In this document: in pieces, positions 1-9,677 of the stretch
How positions within the stretch are numbered: the stretch's first letter is position 1
How the letters are laid out: each line of letters starts with the position of its first letter
Source: Terriglobia bacterium
GTDB lineage: Bacteria; Acidobacteriota; Terriglobia; UBA7540
DNA: 24,000 nt
Direction: 5' to 3'
Assembly (NCBI GenBank): GCA_035576145.1
Contig: DATLWV010000108.1
Coordinates: 1 to 24,000 of the forward strand
Notes under the pieces: model-generated
What the model was told of the DNA's origin: nothing
The model's input: the letters and a program-made list of their open reading frames with translations, nothing else
Database searches by the model: none
Made by a program: the position numbers and the translations under genes

Positions 1-56
1 CAACTCCAGGGAGAAACCAATAAACCGCTGGCGGTTACGCCTGCGCTGCCATGCGA

Positions 57-1109
57 TTACTGGCGGCTGGCTGCCACCGCCTCTGATCCTTCGCCCTTCG
101 GCGCGTAGTAACCGGGGCGTGTTCTCACGGTGTAATGCTTATTGTCGCGATGGTCGATAAGTTCAATCTGGACCCGCCGGAACGAACCGTCCTTCTTGGC
201 ATTGGTCGGGTAGTAGCCAAGCGTGTATTGGTTGCGGATGTCACGCGCGATGCTCACACAGATGGGCTCAACCTGGTCAAGTGACCTTGGGAAGTAGGCT
301 TTCCCGCCTGTGGCCTCAGCCAGTTCCTTCAGAACTTTGGCAGCCCTCTTGTCGCCGCTGCCATGAACTTTGAACAGCCCTCCGGGGTGTTCCTCGCCAA
401 GCAGCCCGATGCAGTAAATCACGGCGTTCGATTGCTGGGCCTGCCGAAGAAGGTCCGGGAAGGAGTAGCGGCTGGCGTTATCTTCGCCGTCAGAAATGAT
501 CAGGATAGCCTTCTTGTCGCGATTGCCCAGCTTAAGATGATCGAGTGACGCAGAAACCGCGTCATAGAGCGCAGTCCCGCCGCGGGAATCAATCTTGGCC
601 AGGGCCCCTTTCAGTTCCTCCATGTTGCCGGCGAAATTCCCGGGCGTGTCCAAATAGTATTCGTCGTTGAAATTCACTACGAACACCTGGTCATCCGGAT
701 TGGAGGTCTTTACAAAAGTCAGTGCCGCCTCATTCACTGCTGCCCGCTTGTCACGCATGCTGCCGCTGTCATCGATGTCAATGCCCATGGTCACGGGAAT
801 GTCGGCGTGGCTGAAAACTGAAAGTTTCTGCTGGGCACCGTCCTCGAGCACGCGGAAATCTTTTTCTGTGAGGTTTTCAACCATGCGTCCGTGTTTGTCA
901 ACGACCGTTGCGTGAAGGACCACGAGGTTCACATTCACATTGATCTTGTATTGGTCATCCTTCTTCTGAGGGCTGGTTGTCGCCGCATTGGCTGGTGCAG
1001 GCGCCTGCGCCAGCAAGGAAGTGCAGAATAAGAGGGCGGCGAGGCCGCCAAGGAAAAACCGTGTGTAGGGTTTCAACAGTGAGGGTGATCTCCTATTGGG
1101 TTGGGGCAT
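57..1109 (-). CDS. Secreted VWFA-related (Acidobacterial-type) von Willebrand factor A domain protein
   Basis: ORF track 57..1478(-). The probable start is the internal ATG at 1109 (MPQPNRRSPSLLKPYTRFFLGGLAALLFCTSLLAQAPAPA...), giving a signal-peptide-like N-terminus. It has a MIDAS-like DIDDSGSM, 'VVLHATVVDKHGRMVENLTEKDFRVLEDG' and C-terminal 'RPGYYAP', typical of the family. The 5' extension of the tracked ORF lies over the neighbouring CDS and is probably spurious. Confidence 0.85.
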   Translation of the reverse strand: MPQPNRRSPSLLKPYTRFFLGGLAALLFCTSLLAQAPAPANAATTSPQKKDDQYKINVNVNLVVLHATVVDKHGRMVENLTEKDFRVLEDGAQQKLSVFSHADIPVTMGIDIDDSGSMRDKRAAVNEAALTFVKTSNPDDQVFVVNFNDEYYLDTPGNFAGNMEELKGALAKIDSRGGTALYDAVSASLDHLKLGNRDKKAILIISDGEDNASRYSFPDLLRQAQQSNAVIYCIGLLGEEHPGGLFKVHGSGDKRAAKVLKELAEATGGKAYFPRSLDQVEPICVSIARDIRNQYTLGYYPTNAKKDGSFRRVQIELIDHRDNKHYTVRTRPGYYAPKGEGSEAVAASRQ

Positions 1110-2112
1110 AATATCCAGTCCGTGCGTAGACTTGAAGAGGAGGTAGCCCGCGCGGCGGATGAAGCTTGACCTTGATCCGGCGCCAATGCCCGTCCCGCAC
1201 GAGATTTGAGGGCTTGTATCCAATGACATACTGGTTTCGCAATTGAATTGAAATTTTTTCTGCGATATCCGGCAGCTCGCCGGGGTCTTCCACTGAGAAC
1301 ATCCTTCCACCTGAGACGTTGGCCAACTCTGAGAGCAGCGAAGGGCCCGAAGCCTCTTCCGGTGTTCGATCGCGGTCAGCCAGTGGTTCAAAAATTCCGA
1401 TAGCATAAATCTGGCAATCCGATTCCTTGACGGCGCGTTTAATGTCCCTTTCAGTATATCTGCTATGATTGTCTCCACCGTCAGAAATCACCAGCAGCGC
1501 CTTCCGGCTGGTATCCGTTTTCTTCATCCGGCTCAGCCCGAGATAAATGGCGTCGAGCAGGGAAGTTCTGCCTCCCGCCTTCACAAAAAGCATTCTGTCG
1601 AGAATATTTTCATAGTTGTCCGTGAATGACGACACCATATACGGACGGTTGCTGAAGCTGATCAGCATAAAGACGTCCTCGGGATTAGATGTCTTGAAGA
1701 ACTCCAGGGCTGCCTCTTTGGACTTCTGGATCTTGTCTGACATCGAACCGCTTGTGTCAAATACCATGCCGACGGAGATGGGTGCATCTTCCGTGGCGAA
1801 AGTCAAAATCTTCTGCTGGACCTTGTCATCAAAGATTTCAAAATTATCCTGGGCAAGACCTGTGACGATCCGGTCGAACGGGTCCGTCACAGTCACCGGA
1901 ACGATCACCCTGTCAACATTCATCTGAATGGGCGTCGTATTGATAGGAGGACGACGGATTTCAACATCCGGTACCTGGTCCTTCGTGTCGGGATGGTCTG
2001 CTGATCTTTCACCCGACGCAGGGTTGGGAAGTGATACCCCCACAACGGCCCAAAAGGCCAGACAAAGAACCATTACAACCCGGAATGCGCGTCTACTGGT
2101 GTTCCCCGGCAT
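1093..2112 (-). CDS. Secreted VWFA-related von Willebrand factor A domain protein (paralogue of the 57-1109 gene)
   Basis: ORF track 1093..2190(-). Internal start MPGNTSRRAFRVVMVLCLAFWAVVGV at 2112 is preceded by a strong SD (AAGGAAGG, 7-nt spacing). It has DTSGSMSDK MIDAS, 'VPVTVTDPFDRIVTGLAQDNFEIFDD' and 'RTGYYAPTQ'. Confidence 0.85.
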   Translation of the reverse strand: MPGNTSRRAFRVVMVLCLAFWAVVGVSLPNPASGERSADHPDTKDQVPDVEIRRPPINTTPIQMNVDRVIVPVTVTDPFDRIVTGLAQDNFEIFDDKVQQKILTFATEDAPISVGMVFDTSGSMSDKIQKSKEAALEFFKTSNPEDVFMLISFSNRPYMVSSFTDNYENILDRMLFVKAGGRTSLLDAIYLGLSRMKKTDTSRKALLVISDGGDNHSRYTERDIKRAVKESDCQIYAIGIFEPLADRDRTPEEASGPSLLSELANVSGGRMFSVEDPGELPDIAEKISIQLRNQYVIGYKPSNLVRDGHWRRIKVKLHPPRGLPPLQVYARTGYYAPTQ

Positions 2113-2273
2113 CCAGGCACCTTCCTTTGGTCGCAGCCGGCTCAGCCCCTCCGGTTGCTCTTCTGCAGACTCGGCATGACCTGATTGCATTCTAGCACAA
2201 CCTCCACAACAGAATCATCCGGACAATTTGGATAACCGCACCCCGCCTCAGTCGGCTCGGCGCCGTTTTGCCG

Positions 2274-2303
2274 TTGACAACCCTTCCTTACTGAACTGAT
2301 AAT
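2274..2303 (+). promoter_or_regulatory. Candidate sigma70-type promoter for pyrG
   Basis: TTGACA (2274-2279), 18-nt spacer, GATAAT (2298-2303), in the divergent intergenic region upstream of pyrG. Confidence 0.55.
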
Positions 2304-2420
2304 GGGCGGTACACTGTCCTACCAGTCCGCGTGAATGCGCACGAACTGAAATAAAATGAAGTTCCGTCGTCTGGGCATTAAGTATTCCGTGTATATCAGC
2401 CGATACCTAAAAGGAGAATC

Positions 2421-4094
2421 ATGAGCGCCAAGTATATTTTTGTGACGGGTGGAGTAGTGAGCTCACTGGGCAAGGGCCTTGCCGCAGCTTCGATCGGGTG
2501 CCTGCTGGAGGCCCGTGGGCTGAAGGTCAACCTTCTCAAGTTCGACCCCTACCTGAATGTCGATCCGGGGACCATGAGTCCTTTTCAACACGGTGAGGTC
2601 TACGTCACCGACGACGGAGCGGAGACGGACCTCGACCTGGGCCACTACGAACGCTTCACTCATGTCCGCATGCGGCGCGAAAACAACTGTACGGCCGGAC
2701 GCATTTACGAAACCATCATCACCAAGGAGCGGCGCGGCGATTATCTTGGAAAGACCGTCCAGGTGATTCCGCACGTCACCGACGAGATCAAGGCTGCCAT
2801 CCGAAAGGTTGGCGCAGACGTGGACGTGGCAATCATCGAGATCGGCGGCACGGTGGGCGACATTGAATCGCTGCCGTTCCTGGAAGCCATCCGCCAGATG
2901 CGGCAGGAGCAGGGTCGTGAAAACGTGGTTTTTGTTCACGTTACCCTGGTCCCCTACATCAATGCTTCCGGAGAGCTGAAAACCAAGCCCACACAACACT
3001 CGGTGAAGGAACTGAGGGAAATCGGTATCCAGCCGGATATCCTCCTGTGCCGCACGGACCGCTTTCTGCCGGCGGACATCAAATCGAAAATTGCGCTATT
3101 CTGCAGCGTCCAGAAGGACGCCGTGATTACGGCCAAGGACGTGGGTAATATTTACGAGGTGCCGCTGGTGCTGGCTGGGGAAGGCCTGGATTCGCAGATT
3201 GTGAAGTGCTGGGGTATGGAGCCCGGCGATTGCAACCTGAAACCATGGGCCGATCTTGTGGAGCGGCTGCGGGACCTTCACGACGAGGTTTCGATTGCAA
3301 TTGTGGGCAAGTACGTTGAATATCAGGAATCTTACAAGAGCCTGAATGAAGCACTTGTACACGGCGGCCTGGCCAACAACGTGCGCGTCAATGTGGTTTG
3401 GCTTGAAGCCGAGGGCCTGGAAGGCGATGACTGGGAACGTCAGCTCGAAGGCTTCGACGGTGTTCTGGTGCCGGGCGGCTTCGGCAAGCGGGGCATTCCG
3501 GGCATGCTGCGCGGCATCACCTATGCCCGCACGCAGAAAGTACCTTTTCTCGGGATCTGTCTCGGAATGCAATGCGCAGTGATCGAGTACGCGCGGAACG
3601 TTTGCGGATTGCAAGGGGCTGACAGTTCTGAGTTTGATCCCAGTACGCCGCACAGGGTGATCTACAAGCTGCGCGAGTTGCGCGGGATTGACGAACTCGG
3701 TGGGACCATGCGGTTGGGCGCCTGGACGGCGCGCCTGAAGCCCGGCTCTTTTGCGCAGGAAGCCTACGGGCAGATTGAAATATCTGAACGCCACCGGCAC
3801 CGCTATGAGTTCAACCGCGAATACGAGTCAACTCTGGTAGCCAACGGGCTTGAAATCACCGGGGAGACGCCGGACGGCACTTACGTGGAAATCGTGGAAA
3901 TTCGCGATCACCCCTGGTTTCTCGGTTGCCAATTCCATCCGGAATTTAAATCGCGCCCGCTGGAGCCGCATCCGTTGTTCAGAGCGTTCATCGGAGCGGC
4001 GCTGACCCATCGCGGGAAGCGGCAAACGGCAGCGGTTGAGGCTCCATCTCGCGCCGCCCAGCTGATCGAGGAGGGCACCCAGTCTTCGGGCTAG
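2421..4094 (+). CDS. pyrG: CTP synthase
   Basis: 557 aa. N-terminal [36 protein letters not shown], synthetase motifs ([26 protein letters not shown]), and class-I glutamine amidotransferase domain with GICLGMQ and [13 protein letters not shown]-like AAAAGGAG upstream. Confidence 0.98.
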   Translation: MSAKYIFVTGGVVSSLGKGLAAASIGCLLEARGLKVNLLKFDPYLNVDPGTMSPFQHGEVYVTDDGAETDLDLGHYERFTHVRMRRENNCTAGRIYETIITKERRGDYLGKTVQVIPHVTDEIKAAIRKVGADVDVAIIEIGGTVGDIESLPFLEAIRQMRQEQGRENVVFVHVTLVPYINASGELKTKPTQHSVKELREIGIQPDILLCRTDRFLPADIKSKIALFCSVQKDAVITAKDVGNIYEVPLVLAGEGLDSQIVKCWGMEPGDCNLKPWADLVERLRDLHDEVSIAIVGKYVEYQESYKSLNEALVHGGLANNVRVNVVWLEAEGLEGDDWERQLEGFDGVLVPGGFGKRGIPGMLRGITYARTQKVPFLGICLGMQCAVIEYARNVCGLQGADSSEFDPSTPHRVIYKLRELRGIDELGGTMRLGAWTARLKPGSFAQEAYGQIEISERHRHRYEFNREYESTLVANGLEITGETPDGTYVEIVEIRDHPWFLGCQFHPEFKSRPLEPHPLFRAFIGAALTHRGKRQTAAVEAPSRAAQLIEEGTQSSG

Positions 4095-4137
4095 GCGCTT
4101 GCCAGCAGCTTTCCGCCGGCCCGAAGTCAGACCCCCT

Positions 4138-4965
4138 ATGAAACGCGCGGTTCGCATCGGCAGGCTTTCACTTGGGCAGGGACGTCCGCTGTTTCTGATC
4201 GCGGGCCCCTGTGTGATTGAGAGCGAATCGCACTCTTTAATGATGGCCCGGCGGCTGGCCGCCATTGCACGCCGACTGGGCGTCCCTTTCATTTTCAAAG
4301 CCTCTTTCGACAAGGCTAACAGGACTTCCGCGTCGTCTTATCGAGGCCCGGGCCTCGAGTGCGGGCTCGAGATCCTGGCAAGCATCCGGAAGAAGGTTGG
4401 CGTTCCCGTCCTCACCGACGTTCATGACACGAGCCAGGTGGCGGCCGCGGCTGTGGTTTGCGATGTGCTGCAGATTCCCGCCTTCCTGTGCCGTCAGACC
4501 GACCTGCTGGAGGCTGCCGGACGGTCAGGCGCTGCTATCAACATCAAGAAAGGCCAGTTCGTTTCACCCTGGGACATGCGGAACGCCGTTGAGAAGATCG
4601 AGCGGACTGGGAACCGCCGCATTTTGATCACCGAGCGCGGAACCACTTTTGGGTATAACAATCTGGTGGTTGACATGCGCGGTCTGGCGGTAATGCGCGA
4701 CTGGGGCTATCCGGTCGTGCTCGATTGCACACATGCGCTGCAGTTGCCGGGAGGCGAGGGACGCCAGAGCGGAGGGCAGCCGCAGTTTATTGAGGCCCTC
4801 GCAAGGGCCGGGGTGGCAGCCGGCGTCGATGGAATCTTCATGGAAGTGCACGACCATCCTGAAAAAGCCCTCTCGGACGGCTCGTCGGCGCTCAAGCTTC
4901 AGAGTTTTGCGCCGCTTGCCACGAGGCTGCGAGATCTTGGAAAGTTTGTACGCCAGTTGCGGTGA
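4138..4965 (+). CDS. kdsA: 3-deoxy-8-phosphooctulonate synthase (KDO-8-P synthase)
   Basis: Motifs LFLIAGPCVIESE, FKASFDKANRTS, TDVHD, ITERGTTFGYNNLVVDMR, LDCTHALQLPGG, EVHDHPEKALSDG. Internal ATG at 4138 fits better than the track start at 4099. Confidence 0.95.
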   Translation: MKRAVRIGRLSLGQGRPLFLIAGPCVIESESHSLMMARRLAAIARRLGVPFIFKASFDKANRTSASSYRGPGLECGLEILASIRKKVGVPVLTDVHDTSQVAAAAVVCDVLQIPAFLCRQTDLLEAAGRSGAAINIKKGQFVSPWDMRNAVEKIERTGNRRILITERGTTFGYNNLVVDMRGLAVMRDWGYPVVLDCTHALQLPGGEGRQSGGQPQFIEALARAGVAAGVDGIFMEVHDHPEKALSDGSSALKLQSFAPLATRLRDLGKFVRQLR

Positions 4966-5031
4966 GGACATTCAAAAGGCAGTAAACAGCAGGCTGCCGG
5001 GGCGGAAAACAGGCACAACCTGAGACGAGCG

Positions 5032-6822
5032 ATGGCCATCTCAATCCGACACTTGAAGATCCGGGACCAGGTGCTCATTCTGGTTCTACCACTGCTGTTC
5101 GCTTTGCTCGGCATCATTGCACTGTTTTTCTACAACTACTGGCAGGTCGGCCACATTACGGTTTCAGCCCAAAGCAGCGAACTGGCAGCCATGAGGGCTG
5201 ATTCATTGCTGCAGGGCACCAGCCAAATGTCAGAGGCCGTGCGGGGTTATGTCCTCACCAGCCGGCAGATGTTTCTGGATGACTACAACTCGGCATCGAC
5301 CTCTGTTTTTCAGGATTTTGCGGTTCTCAAGGAGATCGAATCAGGCGTTCCTCCAATGGGCTCCCGTCTGCAGAACATCCAAAAACGTGTGGAGGATTGG
5401 AAGAAGACGTGGGCCGATCCCTTGATTGAAAAAGTCAAGGCAGGTCGTTCCTCCGAAGCCACGGTTGCGATGCTGCAGGGAAGTACGGAATTTGCGGGCA
5501 TTCAGACCGATCTCCGGCAATTCCGAAGCGCCAATCAGGCCGCTGCCGCAGAGCGAAGAGACCAAAGCCAGCGGATTGTTCATTCCGGGCTCATGTCCGG
5601 CGTCGTGCTGGCAGGGGTGTTTGCATTGCTTGTGGTGGTGCTGGTCCATATTATCAGCCGTAACATTTCCAATCCCATCCTCCAGTTGACTCAGGCCTCA
5701 GACCAGCTTCGCCAGGGGGACTTCGATCTCACACTGCCGCCGGAAACGGAGAATGAGTTTGGGGTCCTTACCCGCAGCTTCCTGCATATGTCACAAGCCT
5801 TGCGCCGCGACCGGGAGGAGTTGGCAGCCATCAAGCGCTTCTCAGAAGCCGTTACAGAGTGCACAACAGAGAACGAAGTCTATGACCACATCCTGCATGC
5901 TTTCCGTGACCGCTTCCATCCCACCCAGGTGATTATCTTCAAGCTGCGCCCGGAGGAAGACTTTCTGGAAGTCGTGGCTTCATTGCATCCCTTGCCGAAG
6001 GATGTGCACGACTGGCCCGTGATAGAAGGCAAAAACAGCTGCAAAGCTGTCCGCATGGGGCGGCCCTTCCGCGTAAACGACGTCAGCGTGGAGCCGCTTT
6101 GCCCTGGAAGGTTCGCCTTGCCGGAGGAGGGCAGCTATTATTGCGGCCCATTGATCGCAGGCGGCATTATCATCGGCGCCATACGCCTGCAGGGGGCAAA
6201 AGGGTTCTGGACGCCGGAACGCGAAAGTCTTCTGGAAAGCTATCTCAGCACGACCGCTTCGGTGCTCTCCAACCTGCAGTTGCTCCAAACCATGCGCGAG
6301 CAGGCCAACATCGATCCGCTCACCGGGCTTTACAACCGGCGCTTCTGCAAAGACTACGCGCGCAAGCTTATGGCCATGGCCCGGCGCAAAGATACGCCGT
6401 TGGGGTTTCTTATTCTGGACCTCGACCACTTCAAGAACATCAACGACGTATTCGGGCACGAAGTGGGAGACCGCGTGCTGAAGCAGTTTGCCAAGACCAT
6501 CACGCAGTCGATGAGGGAAACCAACCTGACGGCGAGGCTGGGCGGGGAAGAGTTTGTCGTGATTCTTCCCGATACTGACGCCAAAGCCTGCCAGGTGGTT
6601 GCGGAGCGCATCCGGAATTCCGTAGCCCACATGAATATGCCTCAGGTGAAGGAAAAACCGCTTCCCAACATCACCGTCAGTCTTGGCATCGCAGTCTATC
6701 CCGAACACGGAGCCACACTGGAAGAAATGCTGCAGGCCAGCGACCGCGCTCTCTATGAATCCAAACGCGCCGGCCGCAACCGCGCCACCCTTTACGTTGC
6801 AGAAACAGAAAAACGTGGGTAG
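5032..6822 (+). CDS. Membrane-associated diguanylate cyclase: CHASE3-like sensor, HAMP, GAF-like, GGDEF
   Basis: Two hydrophobic segments (VLILVLPLLFALLGIIALFFYNYW; GVVLAGVFALLVVVLVHII), a CHASE3-like 'MSEAVRGYVLTSRQMFLDDY', HAMP-like ISNPILQLTQASDQLRQGDFDLTLP, GAF-like middle region, and C-terminal DPLTGLYNRRF...FLILDLDHFKNINDVFGHEVGD...ARLGGEEFVVILP. Confidence 0.92.
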   Translation: MAISIRHLKIRDQVLILVLPLLFALLGIIALFFYNYWQVGHITVSAQSSELAAMRADSLLQGTSQMSEAVRGYVLTSRQMFLDDYNSASTSVFQDFAVLKEIESGVPPMGSRLQNIQKRVEDWKKTWADPLIEKVKAGRSSEATVAMLQGSTEFAGIQTDLRQFRSANQAAAAERRDQSQRIVHSGLMSGVVLAGVFALLVVVLVHIISRNISNPILQLTQASDQLRQGDFDLTLPPETENEFGVLTRSFLHMSQALRRDREELAAIKRFSEAVTECTTENEVYDHILHAFRDRFHPTQVIIFKLRPEEDFLEVVASLHPLPKDVHDWPVIEGKNSCKAVRMGRPFRVNDVSVEPLCPGRFALPEEGSYYCGPLIAGGIIIGAIRLQGAKGFWTPERESLLESYLSTTASVLSNLQLLQTMREQANIDPLTGLYNRRFCKDYARKLMAMARRKDTPLGFLILDLDHFKNINDVFGHEVGDRVLKQFAKTITQSMRETNLTARLGGEEFVVILPDTDAKACQVVAERIRNSVAHMNMPQVKEKPLPNITVSLGIAVYPEHGATLEEMLQASDRALYESKRAGRNRATLYVAETEKRG

Positions 6823-6866
6823 AGCTCATTGTTTGGTTTTCCCGCTGGGCATCGAGGGCAGGGTCC

Positions 6867-7301
6867 CTAGGTTTCCGGTGGGACTGAGGCGTCGCCCTCC
6901 TGACTACCGCCAACCGTTGGCTGCCACGGGCCCTCCACAAGCAAGGCCTCATCTTTGCCGGGCCAGGGAGGCATGGTGACGCCAATCGCCTCAAGCGGAT
7001 CCTGCCCTGTGCAGCGGAACTGGAACCGTGTCCCCAGCGGAATGGTAAGGCACACCCCGGGATAGACTTCCACAGTTTCGGCCACGCCGTCCTTTTCACG
7101 CCACATCTCGCCCTGCCCGGCAATGAAGAACCATATTTCCTCTACTGTCCGGTGAGTAACGGCCCTGGCGGTTTGGCCCGGGCTGAGTTCAAAGTGCGCC
7201 ATCCCGCCGCCCTTGAGCTCCAGCAGGATTCTCACATCTGACCCGTCGGGTGCCACCACGTCGGGCGAGTCAGGAAGTTGCTTTGTTTGAAATTTAGGCA
7301 T
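6867..7301 (-). CDS. Cupin-domain protein
   Basis: 144 aa. 'RAVTHRTVEEIWFFIAGQGEMW' and 'VYPGVCLTIPLGTRFQFRCTG' match the two cupin motifs. Confidence 0.8.
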   Translation of the reverse strand: MPKFQTKQLPDSPDVVAPDGSDVRILLELKGGGMAHFELSPGQTARAVTHRTVEEIWFFIAGQGEMWREKDGVAETVEVYPGVCLTIPLGTRFQFRCTGQDPLEAIGVTMPPWPGKDEALLVEGPWQPTVGGSQEGDASVPPET

Positions 7302-7457
7302 GGTCTCCGCTGTTCCCCTCCGTCTGGAATCGCTGTTTGGTACAGGCCGAAGATTTGCATTGCCCGGGCTGGGTTGTCAAGGCCCAGCGGATTCCGGGGC
7401 CAGGGCCGGTGTCATGGCACCTGTGATATCATCCCTGATTTGAGCAGGCACCTTGTT

Positions 7458-8417
7458 ATGAGTCTTGAAACCGGAAGACGAGTGCTTGAGATTGAGGCGC
7501 GAGCCATCGCCGAACTGATCGGGCGGCTGGACCGGCAGTTCGAGCGCGCAGTTGAGACTATTCTTGCTTGTCGAGGGCGCCTGGTGGTTGCGGGCATGGG
7601 CAAGTCCGGCCTGATCGGACAGAAGATTTCCGCCACCTTTTCAAGCACCGGGACGCCGTCGTTCTTCCTGCATCCCGCCGAAGCTCTCCACGGCGATCTG
7701 GGCCGACTGGTGCCGAACGACGTACTGATGGCACTATCCTACGGCGGTGAAACGGAAGAACTGCTGCGCCTGCTCGACACCGTCAAGCGGCTGGCAATCC
7801 CGTTGATCTTGCTGACCGGCAAGCCTGGCTCGACCCTCGCCCAGTCAAGCGATGTGGTGATTGACGTGAGCATCAGCGAAGAAGCCTGCCCGCTGGGGCT
7901 CGCTCCCACGGCCTCAACTACGGCCATGCTGGCGGTGGGTGACGCGCTGGCCATGGCACTGCTTGAAAAACGCGGCTTCAAGGAAGAGGACTATGCGGCG
8001 CTTCATCCGGGAGGAGGCTTGGGCGTCCGGCTGCGCCGGGTGGAGAACGTGATGCACACAGGCGACGAAATCCCACGCGTGCAGCCCTCGACGACTTTGC
8101 CCGATGTGATTTACGAGATCAGCAAGAAGAAACTGGGCCACACAGCCGTGGTGGATGGTGAAGGAAGGCTGGCCGGCGTGATTTCTGACGGCGACTTGCG
8201 GCGATTTTTCCAGCGTGAGGGTAATCGTGCACTCGAACATTCGGCAGCCGACCTGATGACGCGAACGCCTGTGACCATCGGCCGCAAGGAACTGGCCACG
8301 CGCGCCCTGAACGTGATGGAAAGCCGCCGCATCACGTCGCTGATGGTGGTGGATGATGAGGGGTGCCTCGAAGGTGTGGTCCACATTCACGACCTGTGGC
8401 GGACCGAGATGTTTTGA
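7458..8417 (+). CDS. kdsD: Arabinose-5-phosphate isomerase, SIS + tandem CBS (KpsF/GutQ/KdsD family)
   Basis: GMGKSGLIGQKISATFSSTGTPSFFLHPAEALHGDLG; SYGGETEELL; PTASTTAMLAVGDALA; ALHPGGGLG; CBS repeats 'HTAVVDGEGRLAGVISDGDLRR' and 'SLMVVDDEGCLEGVVHIHDLWR'. Start moved from the track's 7278 to ATG 7458. Confidence 0.93.
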   Translation: MSLETGRRVLEIEARAIAELIGRLDRQFERAVETILACRGRLVVAGMGKSGLIGQKISATFSSTGTPSFFLHPAEALHGDLGRLVPNDVLMALSYGGETEELLRLLDTVKRLAIPLILLTGKPGSTLAQSSDVVIDVSISEEACPLGLAPTASTTAMLAVGDALAMALLEKRGFKEEDYAALHPGGGLGVRLRRVENVMHTGDEIPRVQPSTTLPDVIYEISKKKLGHTAVVDGEGRLAGVISDGDLRRFFQREGNRALEHSAADLMTRTPVTIGRKELATRALNVMESRRITSLMVVDDEGCLEGVVHIHDLWRTEMF

Positions 8418-8454
8418 ACACTCCCTGTAATGCATGTTAAGTGAGGCAGCAAGC

Positions 8455-9018
8455 ATGGCGAATGAGCTTATGCAGCTGGAGGTTCGGGACAGGCAGCGCT
8501 GGCGGAGATGGCTGGAGAAGCACCATGCCTCAAGCCCCGGAGTGTGGCTTGTGTTTCATAAGGGCCACAACACGGGAGTCAAGTGCGTCCCTTATGAAGA
8601 CTCGGTTCGGGAAGCGCTTTGTTTTGGCTGGGTCGACAGCCTGGTCAAACGGCTGGATGATGACCGGTACGCCCGCAAGTTTACGCCGCGAAAACCTTCG
8701 AGCAAGTGGTCCGAGTTAAACCGCAAGCGCTGGGCGGAACTAAATTCGGAGGGCCTGCTGGCCCCGCCGGGGCGCGCAGCAGCTCCAACTGGCAACAGCT
8801 ATGCTCAGAGGCCGGAAATCCCGGAATTGCCCCGCTACATTGCCACGGCGCTGAAGGGGAATTCGCAAGCATGGAGCGCCTTTAATCGCCTGGCGCCAAG
8901 CCACCGGCGCGAGTACGTGCGTTGGATCCATTCGGCCAAACGGGAGGAAACACGCGAGAGGCGAGTAAAGGAGTCAATCACTCTGCTGGCGCGCGGGCAA
9001 AAACTGGGCCTGAAGTGA
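8455..9018 (+). CDS. YdeI/OmpD-associated (bacteriocin-protection-like) family protein
   Basis: 'RRWLEKHHASSPGVWLVFHKGH...YEDSVREALCFGWVDSLVKRLDDDRYARKFTPRKPSSKWSELNRKRWAEL' is characteristic of the family. C-terminal region has 'LAPSHRREYVRWIHSAKREETRERRV'. Confidence 0.85.
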   Translation: MANELMQLEVRDRQRWRRWLEKHHASSPGVWLVFHKGHNTGVKCVPYEDSVREALCFGWVDSLVKRLDDDRYARKFTPRKPSSKWSELNRKRWAELNSEGLLAPPGRAAAPTGNSYAQRPEIPELPRYIATALKGNSQAWSAFNRLAPSHRREYVRWIHSAKREETRERRVKESITLLARGQKLGLK

Positions 9019-9092
9019 GCGGCTGATGAAAGCCTATATTCTCCACCGGGGCTGTCCATCTTGAAAGAAATGCAATTTTGCTGAGAAGGAAC

Positions 9093-9653
9093 ATGCCACT
9101 TACCCCACAGCAGGTCCGTCGCCGGGCTCGCAAAATCAAGCTGTTGCTGCTCGATGTTGACGGCGTCATGACCGACGGTCGCATCTACTACGTGCCGCGT
9201 CCAGAAGGCGGAATGTTTGAGACCAAAACTTTCCATTCCCGCGACGGCATTGGAATCCGCTACGCGCGCGAAGCCGGAATCAAGGTGGGCATCATCAGCG
9301 GGCGCGGTTCGGACACCGTGCGCTACCGGGCGGCGGAACTGAAGCTGGACTTTATTGAAGAAAACTCTCTCAAGAAGATTCCCCCCTATGAGCGGATTCT
9401 TCAGGCAGCAGGCGTGAAGGACAATGAAGTCTGTTACATGGGCGACGACCTGGTAGACCTTCCGATTCTGAAGCGCGTAGGATTTGCCGTGTGCGTCCAG
9501 AACGGCCACCCCCTGCTTCGAAGACACGTTCATTATGTGACCAAAGCCCCGGGTGGTCTGGGGGCTGTCCGCGAAACCATTGAGATCATTTTGGAAGCGC
9601 AGGGTAAGTGGAAGACGGTGGTGGACCGTTACCTGAACGCCAAGGAACAATAG
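9093..9653 (+). CDS. kdsC: 3-deoxy-D-manno-octulosonate 8-phosphate phosphatase (HAD family, KdsC-like)
   Basis: LLLLDVDGVMTDGRIYYVP, FHSRDGIGIRYAREAGIKVGIISGRGSDTVRYRAAEL, CYMGDDLVDLPILKRVGFAVCVQNGH. ATG at 9093 preceded by AGAAGGA. Confidence 0.9.
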   Translation: MPLTPQQVRRRARKIKLLLLDVDGVMTDGRIYYVPRPEGGMFETKTFHSRDGIGIRYAREAGIKVGIISGRGSDTVRYRAAELKLDFIEENSLKKIPPYERILQAAGVKDNEVCYMGDDLVDLPILKRVGFAVCVQNGHPLLRRHVHYVTKAPGGLGAVRETIEIILEAQGKWKTVVDRYLNAKEQ

Positions 9654-9677
9654 CGCACGAAGAAATTTTCCAGCTCT

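Noticed and set aside
1110-1478. 5' extension of the 57..1478(-) ORF (METIIADILKG...)
   Set aside because: It lies over the coding part of the adjacent VWA gene in another frame and has no domain-like content; the signal-peptide-like start at 1109 fits the family.
2304-2420. pyrG leader attenuation or CTP-sensitive reiterative transcription
   Set aside because: A GGGC tract follows the -10 too closely to be the initiation site, and no terminator-like hairpin is visible before the start codon.
2463-2999. 178-aa minus-strand ORF opposite pyrG (and similar antisense ORFs at 3828-4313, 7914-8456, 8835-9650, 14417-15142, 19723-20364, 23231-23938)
   Set aside because: These are long open frames on the complement of well-supported genes in high-GC DNA. 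They show no recognisable motifs and their composition matches shadow ORFs.
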